A stretch of 64,000 nucleotides of DNA from Asterias rubens (Eukaryota), in contig NC_047076.1 of assembly GCF_902459465.1 (NCBI RefSeq), forward strand, positions 1,054,001 through 1,118,000, read 5' to 3'. Of this stretch, positions 36,303-50,600 are shown piece after piece. The notes below the pieces were generated by a model that saw only the letters and a program-made list of their open reading frames with translations, did not search any database and was not told where the DNA came from. Both the position numbers and the translations under genes were made by a program. The first letter of the stretch is position 1. Every line of letters starts with the position of its first letter.

Positions 36303-36516
36303 GGCCCAATTTCATGGCTCTGCTGAATGTAAGCAAAGAATCAGTACTTGCGAAAGCAGGGAATTCTGCGTTTATGTCAAGTGTATTTTGTTTACAGTTA
36401 AGCAGATAATTTTTGCTTGTGCCCTTGCATGCTCCTTGTTACTAGGCAATCTTTGCTGACACAGCTAGCACAGAATTTGCCTTAAAGTCATGAAAGTAGA
36501 GCCATGAAATTGGGCC
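36303..36516. mobile_element. Harbinger-like MITE family E (GGGCCCAATTTCAT ends)
   Basis: GGCCCAATTTCATGGCTCT / AGAGCCATGAAATTGGGCC. Relatives at ~24118-24310, 25515-25745, 33160-33540, 41500-41670, 57250-57310, 58955-59005 and 59808-60045. Confidence 0.75.
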
Positions 36517-38636
36517 CTGTTTAGTTGAAATTTTTACTTAAAGCTTCAATTTGCCGGCAATAGCCATGACATGGTATTTTGTTTAGCAGGCGGCAAATTT
36601 CTGCTTAGCAGTCGCATAAAACAAATTTGAAACAGCTTTATGTAAAAGTAATTGGTACCAGAGTTTTAAAGCTATGATAAACGCAACTAAATGCATTGGT
36701 TGCTATAACTACAAGCATTTAACTCTAGTATTTTGGAAATAACATGTTAAATTTTTACCTTGCTTTTAAAGCAATCACACAACATTGATAAACAGTATTG
36801 TCCAAAGCCCCACACTTCGTGTATCACAACTTAAATATAAAATAAACCTGTGAAAAGTTAGGCTCAATCGGTCATCGGAGTCGGGGAAAAATAACGGGAA
36901 AACCCACCCTTGTTTCCGGACGTTACGCGGTGTCATGACATGTGTTTAAAATAAATCCGTTATTATCAATATCGAGAATTGATAATTGTTTTACTGTTTT
37001 CTCTAAAAGCAAAGCATTTCATGGAATAATATTTCAAGAGAAAGCTTTTTCATACACAATATCAACCTCTACCCTGTTTTCTCAAAAAGTAAAGCATTTC
37101 ATGGAATAACCTTTCAAGGGAAGTCTTTCACCATTACCTTCTGTAAACCCTGTAAGTTATTTGTACATCTGTGAACTTTTAATTTTTGTTCTTTCCAGAA
37201 GTGTCCAATGGCTTTAAGTATTTCATGTCATAACAATGTTAAAAAATTTAAAACAGAATTCATCAATGTTGAACATTGATGAACTCTGTTTTAAATTCGT
37301 TATAATTGAGATCGAATTCCTAAAAACATGAAGATAAAACCATAAAGAAGGCCCCTGATTTCAGAGTAGGGTTTTTAAAACCAAAGATAGATGTACATGT
37401 ATGTAAGAAGGCTTCGTGCTTGCAAGTTTTAACGCTTTGTGCTCACAGTTCAGGTGTTTTTTTGAACAGCCTATTACATCCCTGATTATTCTCCATTGTC
37501 ATGAAGCCAACATCTCTCTATGGGAGACAGACTTTTCAATCTAGCATGGGTCGATGGTCGGCCGTTATATATCGGATTGCTACATCGTGTCTAGTGTGTA
37601 GTTTGGGGTACAGCCAGATACGTGTAACACAAAGCTAGATTCTATAGGGGGGGGGGGCCTACTTGTTTTTTTTTATAATAATAATAGTAGTGGCTTCTTA
37701 TCTAGCAAACATGTCCGTCACTCAACATCCAATATTTTACTGCAAGGTATGTGTGACAACATTTGAATTATGAGACCTACTCCTTTTTACATAGCATCAT
37801 GTAATGGTTTACAAGGTGCTGTGGCGCAATATGCTGCCAATCAAACCAGGAACATAAGGGCGAACCCTTTCTCTGGGTTCTTTTACGTGCGTTACACAAC
37901 ACACTGGACCGACGTCTTTCAACAACTATCTTTCATTTTAAGTAAGTATAAACATTCCTGCATACATTTTTTTAAAGATGAGTTAATACAGTTCCGAGGA
38001 AACTAAATACTAGTTATATATTAAGTACTGGTGTTCTAATTCTCCAATATGCAAACAATTTTAATTGGCTAAATAATACCAACACACTTTCAGACAATAT
38101 TTCAGAACAGTTATAACTGAGCTTCAAGATTCATATAATGAGCTTCAAACATACTATTTATCCTTTTACTTTTGCGCATATAATATAATATTGTTGTATA
38201 ATTTCAGGAAAACTCTACATTTATATCAATCTCGCAGAATTCACCCGTGGCTTTTTGCCTGATTTTGATGATTTTCAGAATGGCTTTACACCTGTTTCAG
38301 AGAGGCGCTCCAGAGTCTCGCCAAATTAAGTTCTGAATTAAGTACATGAAAAGGTTGACGCCTAAAACAGTTTGGAGTGACTGGACAAGCGCCAGGTCAA
38401 AGGAACGACTTTTGCAGTCGTTCAGAACAACTTTGGAGCGCCTTGGTTTCAGACATTGATCTTGCCATGAGCCAAATCTAATGATATGTTTTGTTACGTC
38501 CGTCTGTCTGAAACCAAAATTGATTTTGGTTAGACCTAGAGTCGCACCTAAGCTATTTGGTTCGGCGCGAGTCTGGTGCACCTGTCTGAAATGAGTGTAT
38601 TAACTACGCTTTGGAGCGAGCTTGGCGTTTACTTGA

Positions 38637-41600
38637 TTAATATTGAAAACAACCTCCATGCATCTGTGATAGGTGAGCGTAGCACAGGTCACTTGTATCG
38701 AAGATAGCCAGGCAAAGCCAACATAAGTGCTTCTTACACTCAGAACAGGTCATGTGAAAGCATCCCTCAATTTTCTCGATATAGATTCCACATGGGCACT
38801 TCTTGACATCTTTTCCTTGAATCCACTTCTGAAATGCCACGTCGCTACAGTCCTTGCCATAAGCCTGTAAAAGCAGAGGAAAAAGTGCCATATAGGTGTG
38901 AACAAATTAAACACACACTCCCAAACATATACAGGTACAGCACTCCTATACAATAGAGGACACCTTTTGTACTTTCTGTTGTTCCTGTATTGAAGCAATC
39001 CCTATTGGTTTTGTACACAAATGACTACCGGTAGTGAGGACCCATGAAAACAAAGAACGGACTAGTGAGGACCTATTGCATACACACAGTCGTGTTTGAC
39101 CATTACGTTAGAGGACACCTATTGTGCTTTCTGTTGTTCCTGTATTGAAGCAATCCCTATTGGTTTTTGTACACAAATGACTAGTGAGGACTCATGAAAA
39201 CAAAGAACCGACTAGTGAGGACCTATTGCATACACACAGTCGTGTTTGTCCATTACATTAGAGGACACCTATTGTGCTTTCTGTTGTTCCTGTATTGAAG
39301 CAATCCTTATTGGTTTTGTACACAGATGACTAGTGAGGACCCATGAAAACAAAGAACCGACTAGTGAGGACCTATTGCATACACACAGTCGTGTTTGTCC
39401 ATTACATTAGAGGACACCTATTGTGCTTTCTGTTGTTCCTGTATTGAAGCAATCCTTATTGGTTTTGTACACAGATGACTAGTGAGGACACCTGAAAACA
39501 AAGTACCGACTAGTGAGGACCTATTGTCCCTTTTGTTAAATGTCCTCAGACGATGGGCAATACAAACACACACATACATGTAGCTCTGTGTTGCAGTCGC
39601 CGTGTGGACATTCCTTTAGTTCTGTACACTTAAAGGCGCTGGACACTATTGGTAATTGTCAAAGATTAGCCTTCTCAACATATGCATAAAATTACAAACC
39701 TGTGAAAATTTGAGCTCAACACGTCGTCAAAGTTGCGAGAGAATAATGAAGAAAAAAAAAACCTTGTCACACGAAGTTGTGTGCTTTCAGATGCTTGATT
39801 TCGAGACATTAAATTCTAAACTTGGGGTCTCAAAATCAAGTTCATGGAAAAATACTTCTTTGTCGAAAAATACGTCACTACAGAGGAGCCGTTTCTCACA
39901 AAATTTTATACTATCAACCTCTCCCCATTATTCAATATTTTTTTGTGGTATTTTTTAAAACTTTGGTACAAAGGCTCTTGCTAACTAGCTTTCTTCTCCT
40001 GCCTTGGATTCATTCCTTAGTTTTACTCTATCATAATTTTGTTTTGTTTTTAGAAGTCATCTGACGCTACCGTTACCTTAAATTCCTCGCATGTATATCC
40101 CATATGAGGTTCTGAACCACACGATGAACACAAACGATTCCGACACTCCTGACATGAGAAGACCCCGACATCCTTCGTTGTCTTATAGATCATGTGACAA
40201 TCTGGTGTTGGGCAAAACTTCAGTTTTCCCTCGCTCTTCTGGGTGACATGTGACTCCAGAGCCAGATCAAACAAGCGTCGTCTCTTTGTTTCATCACTGC
40301 AGAGAACACGGAAGTCGCAGAGCAACATTGGGAGGCCACATCCATCACATGGACACTCTGAAGAGATAAAGTTCAAAACATGGTCAGTAAATACGGTTCA
40401 TCTTTCTTAAAGGAACATTATATAATTGGTTTTTGCTAACAAAAAGCACCATGTAGTTGTTTACAGGGTGCTGTGGTGCAATATGAGGAACCCCTTCTCT
40501 TTAGGATAAGGGTTTTGGGTTCTTATACAAGCATTAGTCAACACACGATACCAACAGCTTTACGTCCCATCCCTCTGTTACAACACTGTTGATGGTTGTT
40601 TCATGAGATGTGTTTTGCTTTGACTAAAACAAACAAAATGTCATGAACAAAATAATTATTGTTAAGATATTTTATTTTACCAATGGGGTAATCCTTGCTA
40701 GCGTTCTGTAACCTGACGGTAAACATCTCATGAAGGCATTGAAGATGGAACCCATGGGAGCAAGCACTCAGACGATACATCTCCTCAGTGGCTTCCACTG
40801 CTGTGTAACAAATGCCGCATTCCACTTCAGTGGTTGCATCATCTCCTCCAACTCTGAAATAAAAGGAAAACAATGTTGATGTTCTGCAAGGGTTTTCATG
40901 CCAGTTTAAAGCACTGCAGCCGGTTTCGCGAAATGCTAGGATTAATCCTATCTCTAACCCGTCCTAACTTAGGTGGGTTCAATGCGTCCTGACGTCCATA
41001 GAAGTGGAACTTAACTCGTCCTGAGTCCTAAGATTAATCCTAATGTTAGGAAGAGTTTGGTGAAATCGACGGCTGGACACGTAATTGTCAAAGACCAGTA
41101 TTTCTCGTTTGGTGTATCCCAACATATGCATAAAATATCAAATCTGTGAAAATTTGGGCCCAATTGGTTATCAAACTGCAAGAAAAAATGAAAGAAAAAA
41201 CACCCTTGTTGCACAAATTTGTATGCTTTCAGATGTCTTGATCTAGCAACTAGGATGTGTGCGCTAAATAAGAACCAATGATTATTTTCTCCTCACCTGA
41301 TGGCAGCTTGTTGTCCAGCTTCTTGGAGGCAGTTTCTCACCATCTTGTGGACGTTATCAAAGACATTCTGATTGCCCTCTATAAGAAGGTTTCCTTGGCA
41401 CATGTTCAATGTTATAGCTTTGGCTCCAGTTTCTTCAACAAGTTTCTGTCAAAAAGGAAGAAAAAAGAGAATGATAAATCCTCACATCTGGGCCCAACCA
41501 CTGCCCAAAACAATTCTGCTAAGCGGAAATGAGCAGGATACCAGTCACAAAATGTACATGAGACATGGTAGTTTGGCTGATAACCTTATTTTGGTGAGCA

Positions 41601-44600
41601 AAAAGTTTTTTACGCTTAGCTACTATTTCTGCTTTATTATAAGCAGCTCTATGAAATTGGGGTCAGGGCAAAAGCACTAAATTTTGGCGTCATCAATGTT
41701 TGTGTGTACAACATCAGGGTTAGTTTCAAGAAGATTTGCAGTTCAAAAATCAGGTTACACCTTTGCACTTTTGGGACACACAAATTTTCTTTTACACATT
41801 ATTACAACAATTATTACACTGTCAATCTGTCATTGACTTTCTGCAACATTATTTTAGCTCTGAAAACCTGACCATAACATGACTGTGTTTTATTCTGACG
41901 GATCTTCTGCAAATATTATAGCTATATTTAGTCCATAGTAAGATTTCAAAGAGGGGAAAATGAAATAAATGTTTGTGATGCAACAAAGTAACTTTTCCAT
42001 CAGCAACAACAATGGACATTATTTTTGGCTTTATACAAAATATAATTCCACTAGTCCATAGTAGAAACTATTGACCAACTACTCACCTTAAGCCAAGGTC
42101 CATAAGCTTTCACTAATGCCCTTACAGCTCTCCCTTTAGTACAACCTTCAGAGAGACCTGCAGTCAATGAAATTTCTTTCAGTTGATTCTTACAGATGAT
42201 GTTGATGTAGTTCTTCACTTGCTCCTTCAAGACTTCTCTGACCTCATCCTTTCCGTAAATCACAATGAGATGGCGACGGGTGTCCACCATTGCGTGAGCC
42301 TCCAACCCGTAAGTAAGATGTCTGGGAAATGAGGTATAGAAAAAAAAGTAAGACTGTATTTTGTTTTACCTACACAGTTAAAGCCATTGGACCCTTTTGG
42401 TAAACAGTATTGTCCAAGGCCCATACTTTGTGTATCACAACTTCTATATAAAATAACACACCTGTGAAAATTTAGGCTTAATCGATCATCGGAGTCGGGA
42501 GAAAATAACGGGAAAACCCACCCTTGTATCCGCACGTTTCGCCGTGTCATGACATGTGTTTAAAATAAATCCGTAATTCTCGATATCCGGAATTGATATT
42601 GTTTTACTGTTTTCTCAAAAAGCAAAGCATTTCATGTAATAATATTTCAAGAGAAGTCTTTCACCACTACCTTCTGTAAACCCTGTAAGTTATTTGTAAA
42701 TCTGTGAATTTTTTATTTTTTTCTGTACCGAAAGGTTCCATTGGCTTTAAGCGAGCGTTCACTAACTATAGTTTGTATAGCGCAATCTTTACAATAATAG
42801 TGCCCTGGTCATTGGGCCAACAACATTTCCTTTAATCTTTCTCATCTCCCTGAGGAGTATACAGCCCGAGCTGTCATGCGCTCAGAAGGCTTTTTCATAC
42901 ACAATATCAACCTCTACCCTAGCGGGTACCCATTTATACCCCTGGGTGAAGAGAGGCCATTTTAGGATCTTGCTCAAGGACACGCGTATCACGAACTGGA
43001 TTTGAACCCATGCCCCAACGACTTAACCACCGACTTAAATTTGACGTTTGTTTATTGAGACAGAATGCTTGGGAATCATAAATACCAATTATTAAAGTGG
43101 AGCTAATCGGACAAAAACAGAATGTGGAACAAACTCCCAACTCAGTGAAGACATGCGGGACTGTTGATAATTTCAAGACCAAATTGAAAACTCATCCTAC
43201 AATAATAATATAACAATATTGAAGTCTTATAAAGCGCACGTGTCTACCAAACAAGGTACTCAAGGCGCTGAGTATATACAAACTTTCAGAAACTTACCTC
43301 AAGCCATTCTTGTGAAGTAACTTCAGAATGTGATATTTGATCTGAAATGAAACCTCCTCCTCGCACAGATCATTTAGTGATACCGTCTCGCCCCGGATGT
43401 AAGACAGAAGTTCTCGGCGTGTCCTATGAACTTCTTGGATGTTTTCACCAGCGACGTTTATCACCCAGTCATTTGTCTTCTTGCTCTTACTCACTCTGAC
43501 ATTCAAATTTCTGACTCCTTCGCTCACCTCCTCAACGAGCTTTGTGATTCTTTGCTCAATGCACTTGTAGACGTCAGGATTACAGAAGAGCATGCAAGAT
43601 GCCGTAAGCTTCACAATATAAATCTGGCCTGCCGAGTTGCGTGGAGGGTTGTCTTGAATATTCAGAATACAACCATCTACTTCATCTTCGTTGTCACACT
43701 CAAAGTTGGCGATAGCCTTCCTGCTTTGTGTTTTCTCCGATCGCGCCGACAGTATGTTGATGTCTAGTTGATCTTCTCGTAGTGTGCCTTCGAACATTTT
43801 GTAGATGTCTTGAGTGACCTGGTCGTCTTTGATAAGAATTGCTGGGGGTTGACGAGCAATACTGCATTTGACTTTTTTGCAGTCTGTATAATCTTCAATA
43901 GCTTCTTCCAGTTCTTCATTGGTTGCATCTGTGTGAACGTTTCGGAGGTACAGAGCTCTTGTGTTATTCTTTTTAAGTTGGCACTCCAATAGCTTCCCTT
44001 TGAAGTCAAAATTTTGCAAGCTTTCTTTCATTTCTAAGGCTTGGTTTGATGTGTCAAAGTTGATAAATGCTTGGCCTTTTGACGGCCAGGTGTACCATAT
44101 GACCACGATCCTTGAGCTGACTCTAGCGATATCTCTGTTTTGAAAACTACGTCCCAGAATTGGTTCGAGCTGAAGGGTGTCCTCTACTTCTAGCAGCATC
44201 TTTGTTTCCTCCGCTGTCTTGGGGGAACTGAAGGTAATGCGACCCCACTTGGCTGTAGTTTGCTTTTGAAACTTGTACACGTCAAGAATCTCATTCTGAG
44301 TGCAACAAGAAGAGAGACAAATCATCTTCAAATCATCTTCGGACATGTCTCCTGTAACATTACTGACCTCCAGGCTTCTGTAATCATTTGGCATCAAGAT
44401 GAATTTTGTCTGACCTCCTGCTACGACGACTTGACGGACAACTCCTGATTCCCCTACTGGCACTTCAATCTGTTCTCTCTGGATAGACTCCAGCTCTTCT
44501 TTGAGGAGTCTCTCAACATACGATGTTGCAAACTCGCAAATGTTCATCTTCACGAACATCTGCAACTTTTTTGTGGCTCTGTTGACCTGGATAATGCAAG

Positions 44601-47600
44601 GAGAACCTTTCACTTCTGTGATATACTCTTCCATAGCCCGGACCTTTTCATTTCTCTTTATGGTAAGACGTCTCATCACAGCAGTTCCAAGTTGGATCGC
44701 AGGAGCCTCTTGCAAAGCCATTTCTTGAAGTGCGCCCACATCAATCTCGTCATAAAACATCGGAGCAACTTCCTGAAGCCAATCGATGTTAACTCGAGTC
44801 ACATTGAAGAGGAAGCTTCGGGATGTTTGTTTGAACTCTTCATACACTACCCATTTAGGATTGCAGTCTAGTGCAACGAGAGACGAAGATGGATGGATGA
44901 ACCCGGATTTCTGATGAGGAAGAACCGTGTAACCTGCTCTTGGATGACCGTTGTATAAACTCAACGTCTGAAAGTAAGCTGACATGATGATCTTTTGAAG
45001 TGACTCAGTCTTTGCCGCATCAATGGCTTCCATCTTGTAGTCCCTTGCATTACACTCGATGTTATGTTTAAGCTTTAACACCTGGGCTGCTTCGTTAGCA
45101 GACTCTCGAACAGCTCTCAGCGTCTTGGAATTCATGCTGTTCTCCATACACCACGCCTTCTGCTTAGCCGCTGCTTTGCTATTCCAAGATCCGTAAGCTT
45201 TAAGCATTGTTATAACATCTCCACTGTCATGACAATACTTGAGCTTCAGACGGTCTGCTTTCTCTTTGTCTTTATCGGAGCCTCCTCTATAGAACAAACT
45301 TCCAGGAGCAGAGATCAAGGCAGCGATGATGACAGCTTCAGAGGTAAGATGTTTCTCTACTCCTTCAAGAATAACCTTTGAGAGACGTGGCTCCATTGGA
45401 AATGTTGCCATCTTACGACCCAAAGAGGTCAACTTATTAGCTGCATCCACGGCACCCAGCAACCTCAGGGTAGTCATAGCCTGCTGTGTAGCTTCTCGAT
45501 CAGGCGCCTGGATGAAATCAAAGTTCGCCACGTCTTCGACACCAAGCTCTAAAAGCTGCAGTGCTGCCATCCCGAGGTGAACACGCAAAATCTCCGGTTT
45601 CATCATTTCATTCAGGTCCTTATACTCTTCTTTGGTGTACAATCGATAGCAAACACCTGGGCCTGTCCTACCTGCTCGGCCCGCCCGTTGCTGAGCTGAC
45701 GCTTGAGTTATCGCTGTCACCTTCAAAAGACTCATGCTACGCTTTGGATCATATTGACACTCTTTGACAACGCCAGTGTCAATGACATATCGGATACCTT
45801 TAATAGTCACTGAGGTCTCAGCGACATTGGTTGCAAAGATTATCTTCCTTTGTCCAGCTTTTGCGTCTGCGAATACTTTCATCTGGTCTTCTGGCTGGAG
45901 TCGTCCATGAAGGGGTAGTATCAGTGCCTCTTTATCTTGGTCATCAGGTCTTTGGCCGAGGGAAGTTGATAAGTCTCGACATGCTTGTTCAATCTCATTG
46001 GCCGATGTCAAGAAGACTAGAATGTCACCTTCCTTCTCATCTCGATGCACCTGCAGAATTTAAGAAGAAAAACAAAAATCCTTTTTTAATATAAAATAGA
46101 TTTAAAATTTGCATTGGGGATGAAGAATATTAACTTAGAGAGGTTTGTGGGAACACCATGTGAAGTTTCTTTTGAGTAGTGTTGGTTCTGTAAAGAACTG
46201 GTGGTTAAAAAATTTCAGAACATACACAACTCTTGAGAGATTTACTCATGGTGTTATCGCAAATCTCTCTTAGTTATACAGTGTATTTCTACCATGCAAA
46301 GGTTCTAGTTCTACTTATAACAAGTATGTAGGGTCCGTATGCATGATTAAATGTAACTAGCATATTTCATGAAAAAAGGGCTTATTGTTTGAAACATTTT
46401 ATCATTTTAGAAGAGAACAAAAACTTTTTGTGGGAAACAATTATCATCTGAACTTTGAAAACAATTATGGACTTATCGGGTACATTTTGTTTTGCCCTTC
46501 GTTCGAGATCAAATGTACAGAATCAAAGTCATGAAAGTGACGCTAGGAGTGAGATTAGTCTGTGCATTAGAGCTTTATCATACTGCCATCTTGGTCATCC
46601 TCCCTGTATCCTAACAGCAGTAATAGGTGCTATTGTTTATTGTACAAAAAGGAACCAGACTATTTTTCCATATGGCCTCGGTTTGGTTACATTGATTTCA
46701 ATGGAAGAAAATCAAGATGGCTGCACCATGATAAAGGTCTAGATACTAGGGAAAGCCCTGTTCACACTTCCTGTGAATGCAATACAAATGTTGTCGTCAC
46801 AGCGAATAATTCGCATGTTGACTTGTGCTCAACTCCTGCAAAACATTCGCTGCGAAAATAGCCCTGTGACATCAAAATTCTAATCGTATTTACATTGGCA
46901 GGATATATGAACCGGCTTAAGCGGGGAAACCAAACACTATGGGTTTCTCACCTTTGCAGTCTGTTTGACGGCTTTCCCAACATAGTCACCCTCTCCGATG
47001 CTGACATCATCACCAATCCATCGTTTATCCACCGGAAATGTCCGACCAGGAACCTTTATCTCTTTACACTCATCGAGGTAGTTGGAGAATAAGGTGGTGT
47101 CGATTGTGGCAGACATTATGAGAAGGTGAAGATCTTTTCTGCTTCGAAGGAGTTTCTTCAGCGTTGCCAACAATATATCCGTGTCTACAGATCTCTCATG
47201 GGCCTCGTCGACGATGACGCAAGTATAGTCGGACAGATTTGGGTCGGCGATGATCAAGTTGAGGAGTTTCCGATCCGTCATGAAAGTAACAACTGTTTTG
47301 GCACTGACAGATTTCTTGTTGCCGACAAAATATCCAACTTCTTCGCTAACCTGGCATCCGTATTCTTCAGCGACACGTTTTGAAAGAGTGAGTGCCGCAA
47401 CTCTTCTAGGTTGTGTGCAAACTACCCGCCATTGTGGTCTCTGGCTGGAGCCTTCATCTTCCTGACTCTCCAGGGCCATGTCTACGAGATACTGTGGAAT
47501 CTGTGTGCTCTTTCCAGATCCTGTCTCGCCTTGCAAGACAACAGCTTTATTCCATCGCATAGCTTCCTCAATCCTAGACCTGTAGCCATAAACCGGTAGA

Positions 47601-50600
47601 GGGGAATCCAAACGACGACATTCTCTCAGAAATTGATGACGAATCTTGTGTACCTCTGACAAGGTTTGGGTTTCTGACTCTAAACCTTCCAAAGCGGTTT
47701 CAATATTAAGGCATGCGTTGTTGAACTCATCCAGGAATCTTTGTTTCTCCTCCAAATGGTGCTCATGTGTTTCGATAGAAATTTTATATCGGTGAATTTC
47801 AGCAAAGGACAGGTTTTCTTTGAAGGCGTCTCTGCAATCTGACAAATCCGAGTTGATGACTTTACATTCTTCTGTAATTTTATAGTTAATGTCATGGACT
47901 TTCTCTGGCATTTCTCTTTCTTTTAAGTCCTTCAGTACTTTTTTTGCAATGTGTGGTTCCACTTCTTCATTGTGCCAGGAGAGGACAGGTTTTATACAAT
48001 GGCCAGAGATTGGTTTCCCATAAAGCTTACAAACTGCCTCCATCGCATCTTCCCGTCTCTTAAACTTCAGAGAGCATCTCCCGGAGGCCAACACTGCGTC
48101 AACAAATCCATGACATTCCTCTCTCACAAGATATACAACATCACTCTCTGAGATGTTTCTTGGGAGATCTGTTAAGACAACTTCATTCGGACTTCTTTCC
48201 TGTGTATTATCTTTGTCTGTGCATGGTTTATATTTTGACCTTACAAGCCCGCCAGTTGTTCCCTTATCACCGTCATTTGATTCATCAGTTTTGTCACCAC
48301 TCCTCAACTGAGACCTTACATCTCCTACAGAGCTACCTTTCCCTCTATGACCACGCCCATTTCTACCTTGACCACGCCCACCTTTCTGTTCTTGCTCCCT
48401 TTCTGTGTGACGATATCCCCTTTGACTCTCCTCTTTCAAATCTTTAGTTTGTTGGGCGTCCTCAAGCCATCTCTCAACATTTACCCGACCCTCATCAGGA
48501 CCGTGACCAAGTTGTTCAACATGAAGAGACAGGCCGGACTTCTTGTTTCGGTAAGACTCTTTTGATACTGGGAAACTGGCTTTAATTGGAGTGTCATTCC
48601 CAAGACGCCACAGGTCATTGTTCAAAACACCGAAAGCTGCTGTTGCCATCTTGAGATCTGGAAACTGAAGAACAGCAAATTGGTTGTTGTGTTTTTGGGA
48701 AGGTTTCAACCCCGAGCACTGACAGTTTAAATCAAGGGACTCCAGAAAGTCATAGAATTCCGCAAGATCGAAATTCTCTCCAATATTTGTTACCCAGAGA
48801 GATGAAGACTGTTTGACTTGAGAGGAACTGGCATGACTCACCACAGTAGAGCAGATGCTCCTCACTTCACTACATTCTGATTGATTATCAGAATCTTCTC
48901 CCATTTTCTGTCGCCAGTTTCTTGTCCTCCTTCCACGGCCTCTACCTCCAAGACCTCTCCCTCCACGGCTTCTCCCTCTACGGCTGCTCTCTCCTCGATT
49001 TCTACATCCTCGACCTCTGTAGCCTTGACCCCTCCCTTCATGACTTCCTCGAGTTGCCCCTTCAGGGTATCCAGTTGCTTCAAAGGAAGGGGGATGCAAA
49101 TCTCCACTGGGGCTCGCCATAGCTTTTCGATGACTGTAGCTTACGCACATTTCAGGGCCACCCCGAAAAATCCAGCGGTTATGCAGAAAACTTTGAGCCA
49201 TATTTGTGTCCGTGACAGATGCAAAATGGATAATAGCAAATCGCCTCCCTGATTTGGAAATAAAAAAGTCTACATCTGAGAATGATATCTTTTTGTCGGA
49301 CAAGAAACGACAAAATCCATCATTGCTCACTCCGTCATCGATGTTTTTCACATGTAATGAGATTGGCTGTGATGATGTACCACTCCTCTCACTCATTCCT
49401 GATGCAATGCTGCTCTGGTCATCATCTCTATCATAAGGAATATTTGGAGCAAGAGGCATCGACATCAATGAGGGGATGTTCTTTTCAGAAGCTTGGGGCT
49501 GTCTAGGTGCCCCGATTGGATGCTGGCTTTGGTCAGCCCTCAGTTGAACATCTTGCTCAGAATGTGTCAGGCTGGGCCGGCGGTCACCTGTTGTATAACC
49601 ACCTCTTTCGTGTCCTTGATATTTGCCTCGCCCAGAGGAATCACCACAGCCAGTCTGTGAAGATTGAGGGTCATATGCCATGTATGGATCCTGGCGCGAG
49701 GGTCCGGGATGATTATCTGGCGTGTAACCACCTCTATGGTGTCCTCGATAGTTTCCTCGATAGTTTCCTCGCCCAGAGGAATTACCCCGGCCAGTCTGTG
49801 AAGTTTGATGGTCATATGCCATGTCCAAAGGTCGGTGGCGGTCATCTGGTGTGTAACCACCTCTCGGGTAACCTCGATAGTTTCCTCGCCCAGAGGAATT
49901 ACCCTGGCCAGTCTGTGAAGATCGATGGTCAACTGCCATGTCTGAAGGTCGGTGGTGGTCATCTGGTGTGTAAGCACCTCTAGGGTGACCTCGATAGTTT
50001 CCTCGCCCAGAGGAATTACCCCGGCCAGTCTGTGAAGATTGATGGTCATATGCCATGTCCGAAGGTCGGTGGCGGTCATCTGGTGTGTAACCAGATCTAG
50101 GGTGTCCTCGATAGTTTCCTCGCCCAGAGGAATTACCCCGGCCAGTCTGTGAAGATCGATGGTCAACTGCCATGTCCGAAGGTCGGTGGCGGTCATCTGG
50201 TGTGTAACCACCTCTCGGGTGACCTCGATAGTTTCCTCGCCCAGAGGAATTACCCCGGCCAGTCTGTGAAGATCGATGGTCAACTGCCATGTCCGAAGGT
50301 CGGTGGCGGTCATCTGGTGTGTAAGCACCTCTAGGGTGACCTCGATAGTTTCCTCGCCCAGAGGAATTACCGCGGCCAGTCTGTGAAGATTGATGGTCAT
50401 ATGCCATGTCTGAAGGTCGGTGGCGGTCATCTGGTGTGTAACCAAATCTAGGGTGTCCTCGATAGTTTCCTCGCCCAGAGGAATTACCCCGGCCAGTCTG
50501 TGAAGATCGATGGTCAACTGCCATGTCTGAAGGTCGGTGGCGGTCATCTGGTGTGTATCCATCTCTAGGGTGACCTTGATAGTTTCCTCGGTCAGAAGAT

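Noticed and set aside
38955-39527. CRISPR-like or coding array
   Set aside because: Whole units repeat with no unique spacers, and the array is intronic in a eukaryotic gene. It is a minisatellite.
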